A stretch of 32,000 nt of DNA from Tannockella kyphosi (GTDB lineage Bacteria; Bacillota_I; Bacilli_A; Erysipelotrichales; Coprobacillaceae): contig NZ_CP088239.1 of NCBI RefSeq assembly GCF_021054785.1, positions 1,380,001 to 1,412,000 on the forward strand. The letters are read 5' to 3'. Every line of letters begins with the position of its first letter. Within the stretch, counting starts at the first letter, position 1. Positions 26,556 to 32,000 of this stretch are shown here, piece by piece. Position numbers and translations under genes: made by a program. The notes under the pieces were generated by a model. That model made no database searches. It was not told the DNA's origin and saw nothing but the letters and a program-made list of their open reading frames with translations.

Positions 26556-27054
26556 TTTCTTTTCCTATCCAGTAACGTAATGTTACTCCTTCTGTTTCTA
26601 ATTTTCCTTTGTTTGCTTCAATTACTCTTCTTGATCCAATATTATCCTTATCACAAGTGACAAGAATCGGATAAATATCTTTTTGTTTACAATAATCTAT
26701 TGCCTTATTTAACATCCAGGTGCCATAACCCTTCTTACGATGCATTGGATGAACACTATAACCTATATGTCCACCTTTAGCCAATAAAAACTCATTTAAA
26801 CAATGACGTATATTAACAAAACCAACCACCTCATCATTTTCTAAACATACAAGGGTAGTTCCAGGTACTAACGAGGAATCTTCAGATATACCTAAGTGTA
26901 TCTTTTTTTCTACTTGTATATATTTAGTTAAGTCATCTTGAAAGTTCATCAACATTCCGGTGCCACAAAACACTTCACCAGATTGATTAATCGCATTCAT
27001 AAATTCTTGTATTTTATCAATATGACAATAATCTACTAATTCTAATGAAAGCAT
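26542..27054 (-). CDS. GNAT-family N-acetyltransferase
   Basis: MLSLELVDYCH... with the core VGFVNIRH...GGHIGYSVHPMHRKKGYGTWML. AAAGGAGG RBS before ATG 27054. The ORF-track start 27117 lies inside the T-box. The 3' end overlaps thrS by 14 nt. Confidence 0.8.
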   Translation of the reverse strand: MLSLELVDYCHIDKIQEFMNAINQSGEVFCGTGMLMNFQDDLTKYIQVEKKIHLGISEDSSLVPGTTLVCLENDEVVGFVNIRHCLNEFLLAKGGHIGYSVHPMHRKKGYGTWMLNKAIDYCKQKDIYPILVTCDKDNIGSRRVIEANKGKLETEGVTLRYWIGKENERL

Positions 27055-27319
27055 ACATTCCTCCTTTACTATAAATAAAAAAACTATCATCCAAAGGACG
27101 AAAGTTCGTGGTACCACCTTAATTTGTTATAAAAATAACCTCATTGCTATAACGCGCTACCGACTATCTTTTCCATAGTTACTAATAGGGAGTACTTATA
27201 TAAGATTATCAAAGCTTTCACCAACCGCTTTTTCTCTACATCTAATCCTTGTATAAACATATCCTATATCACTGTTTTTATATATACTTTAATTTTAATG
27301 ATTTTCACTCTTTTGTCAA
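27055..27319 (-). promoter_or_regulatory. T-box leader (Thr) with promoter, apparently of the SD-sequestering type
   Basis: Promoter TTGACA-16-TAAAAT (27292-27319). AG-bulge TAGAGA and distal-loop GGTTGGTGAAA. Candidate ACT specifier. Antiterminator AAGG[TGGTACC]ACGA-ACTT-TCGT-CCTT with core GGTGGTACCACG (27107-27118). No terminator helix found. TCGTCCTTT (27093-27101) is 8/9 complementary to the SD AAAGGAGGA (27059-27067). Confidence 0.8.
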
Positions 27320-27419
27320 CCATATTTCTATTTCAATAAAAGATTAATAGTCATAAAAGACAAATCACCTATACCACTTCTCTTTATAAGCATAATCTAT
27401 CATGTAAGGAGGTGAAAAT

Positions 27420-28277
27420 GTGAATAGAAAAGATAAATATCAATTACAATTTGGTGATGAATTAAGCTTAGTAGAGACTGAGGAATTAGTCCAAGACTTA
27501 GACTTGGATACTGTTGATATCGGTTATACTGGTGGTGTTACAGGATGTGTGGTTGATGAAACAAATACGGTTGTAGCAGGAGCTACAGTAAAAATATTTG
27601 ATAACAACTTTAAACCTATTAAGCATACAATGACTGATGAAAATGGTCAGTATAATTTATCTAGTCTAGAACCTGGAACTTATACATGTCACGCTATTAA
27701 AGATGGTTATAGTTTATCTCAAAAGATTACTGTTTCTATTAATGATACTTTTGTAACCTTAAATGATATTATAATTACTAAAAACTTAGTAATTAGTAAT
27801 GGTATTTTATATGGTATTGTGTATAACAAATACAATGTGCCTTTAGGAGATGTTGAAGTTGTATTATCTAAAATAGTGGATGGAGAGGAAGAAGTCGTAT
27901 CACGAACACTTAGTGCTCGTGATGGAGAATATGTTATTTACGACTTAGATGCCGGTATTTACCAATTATATGCGTCAAGTGAAGATTATTATTTAGATGA
28001 TAAGATTGATGTTGTTATTACTTTAAATGCGAATACGAAAGAATATCTATATCTTACAAAAAGCAATAATGCAAAAGAAGGAACAATTAATGGTATTATT
28101 AGAGATAAAAAAACATTAACTCCATTATCAAATGCTTGTGTTTGTTTATATACGATCGATGAAGAAAGTGAAGAAAGCTTAGTTTCTATGACTTTTACAA
28201 ATCGAGATGGAAAATACTTCTTTGGATATGTTCCAGAAGGAAGATATATTGTTAAATCTAAGGTGAGTCAAGAATGA
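27420..28277 (+). CDS. Protein with three carboxypeptidase-regulatory-like (CarboxypepD_reg / Ig-like beta-sandwich) repeats and no signal peptide
   Basis: GTG start 27420 follows an AAGGAGGTGA RBS; the ATG at 27418 is followed immediately by TGA. Three repeats of the type G.V.D....P..GA.V.......T.TD..G.Y.L..L..G.Y. Confidence 0.7.
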   Translation: MNRKDKYQLQFGDELSLVETEELVQDLDLDTVDIGYTGGVTGCVVDETNTVVAGATVKIFDNNFKPIKHTMTDENGQYNLSSLEPGTYTCHAIKDGYSLSQKITVSINDTFVTLNDIIITKNLVISNGILYGIVYNKYNVPLGDVEVVLSKIVDGEEEVVSRTLSARDGEYVIYDLDAGIYQLYASSEDYYLDDKIDVVITLNANTKEYLYLTKSNNAKEGTINGIIRDKKTLTPLSNACVCLYTIDEESEESLVSMTFTNRDGKYFFGYVPEGRYIVKSKVSQE

Positions 28278-28471
28278 TTGATAAATATGAACTAACTTCC
28301 AGTTCTGCCTTCCACATTGCATTGCTAGAAGAGAAAAGTATTTTACTGTTTTTAAAAGAACTTTTTCAAAAGACATCTTATTTATATGTCATTATTTTCT
28401 ATTTGTTGCTGATTAGTTTGTGTAAAAAGCAAGGGAACTATTGTTTCCTTGCTTCATTCATTAATGATTGA
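28274..28471 (+). CDS. Doubtful 65-aa ORF overlapping the upstream stop codon (ATGA)
   Basis: The ATGA overlap suggests translational coupling, and one hydrophobic stretch (YLYVIIFYLLLISL) is present. However, its 3' end runs through a strong hairpin and overlaps the convergent zinc-ribbon gene. Confidence 0.2.
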   Translation: MIDKYELTSSSAFHIALLEEKSILLFLKELFQKTSYLYVIIFYLLLISLCKKQGNYCFLASFIND

Positions 28472-28641
28472 CGTACTAGTTTGGAACGAATCTCTTCAAA
28501 TACAGTGATTGTGTTACATTTTTTACAAAATAAACCATGCACTCCATGTGTTTCAATTCGTACTAACCATTCATCTTTTGCATTACATATACCACATTCT
28601 ATTGATTTTTGTGGCTCACTTACTATGATTCTTGCATTCAT
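28438..28641 (-). CDS. Small CxxC...CxxC zinc-ribbon protein (about 67 aa)
   Basis: ECGICNAKDEWLVRIETHGVHGLFCKKCNTI resembles the YgiT/MqsA-N-type zinc ribbon (from memory). AGGTGA RBS lies 5 nt before ATG 28641. Alternative starts at 28647 and 28650. Confidence 0.6.
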   Translation of the reverse strand: MNARIIVSEPQKSIECGICNAKDEWLVRIETHGVHGLFCKKCNTITVFEEIRSKLVRQSLMNEARKQ

Positions 28642-28671
28642 TTTCATCACCTATTCTAGCATAACAAGTTA

Positions 28672-28703
28672 GAAATAAAAAATACGACAGATTATGTCGT
28701 ATT
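28672..28703 (-). terminator. Intrinsic terminator overlapping the rluB stop
   Basis: AATACGACA-N5-TGTCGTATT followed by TTTTTTATTT on the minus strand. Confidence 0.7.
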
Positions 28704-29427
28704 ATTTTACTAATTTTTTTAAGTCTTTTACTTCTTGAGGTTTTAAGATACGGTATGTTCCAGGAGTCATTCCTTTTAGGTTAATTCCACCAACACTTAG
28801 ACGATGTAATCTTTTAACAGGATGTCCAACTGTTTCAAACATTCTTTTTACTTGTCTGTTTTTTCCTTCTTGTAAACGAATCATTAACATGGTTGTACCA
28901 TGTTCCATATCTTTGTCTACTACTTTTATTTTACAAGGCAATGTTTTCACACCTTCTAAATAAATACCTTTTTCTAATTTATGTAATGATTCTCCATTAA
29001 TAATTCCTTTAATAGATACTTCATAAATTTTTTCTAAATGACTACGAGGATGCATAATCATATTTGCAAAATCACCATCATTACTCATTAATAATACACC
29101 AGTAGTATCATAATCCAAACGTCCTACAGGATAAATACGTTCCTTAACATCTGTAAAATAATCTACTACCTTTGTTCTATCAAACTCATCATCTAATGTA
29201 CATACACAAGATTTAGGTTTATAGAATACATAATACACTTTATTTTCTCCTACAATAGCTTTCCCATCTACTGTAATAATATCTCCACTTTTTACTTTTG
29301 TACCAAGTTCTTTCACTACTTCTCCATTTACTTCTACACGACCAGCAACAATTAAACCTTCTGCTTTTCTTCTAGAAGTATATCCACTAGCAGCTATTAC
29401 TTTTTGTAATCTTTCCATTTTCTTCAC
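28702..29427 (-). CDS. rluB: RluB/RsuA-family rRNA pseudouridine synthase
   Basis: N-terminal S4 domain (ERLQKVIAASGYTSRRKAEGLIVAGRVEVNG) and the catalytic GRLDYDTTGVLL motif. Confidence 0.85.
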   Translation of the reverse strand: MKKMERLQKVIAASGYTSRRKAEGLIVAGRVEVNGEVVKELGTKVKSGDIITVDGKAIVGENKVYYVFYKPKSCVCTLDDEFDRTKVVDYFTDVKERIYPVGRLDYDTTGVLLMSNDGDFANMIMHPRSHLEKIYEVSIKGIINGESLHKLEKGIYLEGVKTLPCKIKVVDKDMEHGTTMLMIRLQEGKNRQVKRMFETVGHPVKRLHRLSVGGINLKGMTPGTYRILKPQEVKDLKKLVK

Positions 29428-29473
29428 CTACTTCTATTCCATTATACTTATTTTTAACCATTAAGCAAATAAA

Positions 29474-29503
29474 AAGGGGAGAAATCAACATTTCTTCCCT
29501 TTT
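29474..29503 (-). terminator. Intrinsic terminator after the Fic gene
   Basis: GGGAAGAAAT-GTTG-ATTTCTCCC followed by CTTTTTATTT on the minus strand. Confidence 0.65.
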
Positions 29504-29543
29504 CTAGTTAATATCCGTTTTGTTCTACACCATAGATTGCTTG

Positions 29544-30272
29544 TTAAAAAGAGAAGCCATTAAAATCCCCTTGTTTTTCAAGTTGCATTGCATAGAAATC
29601 ACTTGCTCGTTGTTTTTCTAATAGATGCAGTTCTTGAAAAAATATAGCTAAGTTTGTTATATCATTATTTTCTATAAGTTGCAGATAATCCTCCCTTTTT
29701 TCTATAGGAATGATAATAGGATATTTATTGTTTACTAATAATAAGTAGTTAATAAGTAATCTACCTGCTCTACCATTTCCATCAACAAAAGGATGTATGT
29801 TTTCAAATTGACTATGCATATTCGCAAGATCATATAATGAAAATCCATTAATAATTAATTGATTATAGTTATCAATGAAATCTTCTATAACACTATCTAA
29901 TTCCATTGGTAGAGGGAATGTTTTTTCTAAACCATTGATACAAACCGGACTCATCCTATAACCGTTTAAGCATATAATATTTTCATTAAGACATTGGCAT
30001 ATTTCAATAATAAACTCTGCATCTATTAAATGATTATCTGAAGTTATTTTTTTAAGTAGCTTGTTGATAGCATACTTATGATTTATTGCTTCATGTATTT
30101 CTTTTGCTCGTGCATTGTGGATAGTACAATGATTGTTATCGAATAATAAAGCATACGTTTCAGCAAAACTCAAAGTATTTCCTTCTATCGCATTACTATG
30201 ATAAGTGCTTCGTGAAATAAAATCTTCAAAATAATCCTTAGATATTCCTAACAAGTGATTCACATCTAACAT
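29544..30272 (-). CDS. Fic-domain protein, class II architecture (N-terminal inhibitory helix)
   Basis: Complete Fic motif HPFVDGNGRAGR. The inhibitory motif (S/T)xxxE(G/N) is present as SNAIEG about 130 residues upstream. Confidence 0.9.
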   Translation of the reverse strand: MLDVNHLLGISKDYFEDFISRSTYHSNAIEGNTLSFAETYALLFDNNHCTIHNARAKEIHEAINHKYAINKLLKKITSDNHLIDAEFIIEICQCLNENIICLNGYRMSPVCINGLEKTFPLPMELDSVIEDFIDNYNQLIINGFSLYDLANMHSQFENIHPFVDGNGRAGRLLINYLLLVNNKYPIIIPIEKREDYLQLIENNDITNLAIFFQELHLLEKQRASDFYAMQLEKQGDFNGFSF

Positions 30273-30352
30273 AATATCTTCCTTTTTATAGTCCTTTCTT
30301 TTTTAAAGTATACTTACATTATACATTGTATTACGCTTAAATAAACCCTATT

Positions 30353-30380
30353 TAAAAAAGATAGGATCACCTATCTTTTA
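30353..30380 (-). terminator. Intrinsic terminator overlapping the ABC exporter stop
   Basis: AGATAGG-TGAT-CCTATCT followed by TTTTTT on the minus strand. Confidence 0.65.
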
Positions 30381-32000
30381 AAATACTCATTGTTTCTTCT
30401 TGAAATTGTTTGATATATAAACTAGCATAAGCACCTTGTTTTTCTAATAGTTCTTGATGATTTCCAGACTCTATGATTTTTCCATTATCCACAACCAAAA
30501 TCTTATCAGCTTGACGTATCGTTGATAAACGATGCGCTACGATAAAAGATGTTCTAGTTCCTAGTAAGTTAGAAATAGCTTGTTGAATTAATTGTTCCGT
30601 TTTTGTATCAATAGAAGCAGTAGCTTCATCTAATACAAATATTTTAGGATTAGAAACAATTGCTCTTGCAAAGGAAATAAGTTGCTTTTGACCTAAAGAT
30701 AAGCCATCTCCCCCTTCTCCTACAATCGAATCATACCCTAATTCTAATTCCATAATAAAATCATGAGCATTCACTAATTTTGCTGCTTCTTGGATATCTT
30801 TGTCACTAGCTTCTAAGTTTCCATAACGAATATTGTCTTTAATCGTTCCTGAAAACAAGTGTGGTGTTTGTAGTACATATCCTATATTACTATGTAGCCA
30901 TAATAAACCTCTTTGACGATAGTCAATACCATCAATCCATATTTCTCCACTTGTCGGTTCAAAGAAACGACAAATAAGATTAACTAATGTTGATTTACCT
31001 GCTCCTGTTTGTCCTACAATTGCAATAGTTTGACCTGCTTTTACTTCTAAATTAAAGTTTTCTAAAACATTCACATTTCCATCTGCATATCTAAATGAAA
31101 CATTTTTAAAATCAATATCTCCATTTATAGGTTCATAATGATGAACTTTAGGATTAAATACTGTTCCATATTTTTCAATCACTTCTTTAGAATCTTGAAT
31201 TTGTTGTTCTATTTCTAACAACTCATTGCATCTTTCTACATTTACTTGCGTTGCAATTAATGTAGAAATAGATTTGGCAAGTTGTTGAACAGGATCCGCA
31301 ATATTCATTGCATAGTTAATAAAGATAGTAAATTCTCCTATAGCAATAACATCAAAAATAACTGCATAACCACCATTTACTAAAACTAAACAAATAGCAA
31401 TAGATGTAAAGAATGATACACATGGAATAAAGACAGCATTTAACATAATAGTACGAACACTACTTTGTTTCATATTATTTGTTACTGTTTTAAATGAAGC
31501 AATATTATCTTGTTCTATCGCTAATGTTTTCGATGTTTTTGCCCCACTAATACCTTCATTTAAAGCTCTTGTTATTTGTGCATTATTTTCTCTTACAACA
31601 CGATTTGCTTTTAATAATCTCATTTGAAAGAAGTAGGTAGTAAATAAAATAATGGGAACAATACATAAAATAAGTAGTGCTAATTGAAAATTAATAATAC
31701 ACATCAATATAATGGAACCAACAATAAAAGCTAAGCTCCATACAATATCAATTAAACACCAAGCAAATACAGTACCAATCTTTCCTGTATCACTCATTAG
31801 TCTTGCAACAATTGTTCCTACTGGTGTTTTATTAAAATAATCAAAACTTAATGATTGTAAATGCTCATACATTGCTTTTCTTAAATCTCTACCAATATAC
31901 ATTTCTACCTTTAAAGCTACTCTCGCCATTAATAAAGTTAGTACTCCTTGTATAAAGATTATAAAAATACATATAATCGCAAACATTCCAATTCCTTCTA
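30367..32000 (-). CDS. MsbA-like ABC exporter (permease-ATPase fusion), N-terminus beyond the window end
   Basis: Walker A GQTGAGKST, signature LSLGQ, Walker B IFVLDEATA. The frame stays open upstream of the listed Met to position 32000. Confidence 0.85.
   Translation of the reverse strand, partial: EGIGMFAIICIFIIFIQGVLTLLMARVALKVEMYIGRDLRKAMYEHLQSLSFDYFNKTPVGTIVARLMSDTGKIGTVFAWCLIDIVWSLAFIVGSIILMCIINFQLALLILCIVPIILFTTYFFQMRLLKANRVVRENNAQITRALNEGISGAKTSKTLAIEQDNIASFKTVTNNMKQSSVRTIMLNAVFIPCVSFFTSIAICLVLVNGGYAVIFDVIAIGEFTIFINYAMNIADPVQQLAKSISTLIATQVNVERCNELLEIEQQIQDSKEVIEKYGTVFNPKVHHYEPINGDIDFKNVSFRYADGNVNVLENFNLEVKAGQTIAIVGQTGAGKSTLVNLICRFFEPTSGEIWIDGIDYRQRGLLWLHSNIGYVLQTPHLFSGTIKDNIRYGNLEASDKDIQEAAKLVNAHDFIMELELGYDSIVGEGGDGLSLGQKQLISFARAIVSNPKIFVLDEATASIDTKTEQLIQQAISNLLGTRTSFIVAHRLSTIRQADKILVVDNGKIIESGNHQELLEKQGAYASLYIKQFQEETMSILKDR

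Noticed and set aside
1-32000. Search for CRISPR arrays, tandem repeats, rRNA, retron/reverse-transcriptase, restriction-modification or other recognisable defence modules
   Set aside because: By eye I found no regularly spaced direct repeats and no ORF with nuclease, methylase, RT or helicase signatures. Fic, GNAT and the zinc-ribbon gene lack partner genes that would make them toxin-antitoxin pairs.

Overview
Visibly AT-rich, Firmicutes-type chromosomal segment. Almost every gene is on the minus strand. The T-box leaders, a ThrRS without a TGS domain and the codon usage suggest an Erysipelotrichia/Mollicutes-related lineage; this is inference only. Most of the window is housekeeping: tex (partial), pepV, two tRNA-Leu genes, rpsD, leuS and thrS (each behind a T-box leader), thyA-folA, plsC, an rsmF-like methyltransferase and rluB. 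Transport and redox genes include a cydDC-like ABC exporter operon, a Na/Pi-family permease, an unusual P-type ATPase operon, flavodoxin, zupT and a partial MsbA-like ABC exporter. One IS110-family element sits between folA and plsC. Several small accessory genes have no recognisable function. I saw no rRNA, no CRISPR array and no recognisable defence system. Six things look most worth following up. (1) A P1B-like ATPase has F-S-C-A where metal pumps carry CPC/SPC, and it is bracketed by an 80-aa and a 26-aa microprotein. (2) A 16-bp palindrome, GTTAG-N6-CTAAC, sits against the -10 box of three separate promoters (cydDC-like operon, flavodoxin, zupT), implying an unassigned regulon. (3) A divergent pair of unknown genes shares a helical '...EGEKIQ...' module, and one of them is about 7% cysteine. 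(4) The Thr T-box appears to pair with the Shine-Dalgarno of an embedded GNAT gene rather than form a terminator. (5) The IS110 element has a long 5' non-coding arm that could encode a bridge RNA. (6) A protein with three CarboxypepD_reg repeats has no signal peptide. All coordinates and motifs were read by eye, so all family assignments need HMM/BLAST confirmation.
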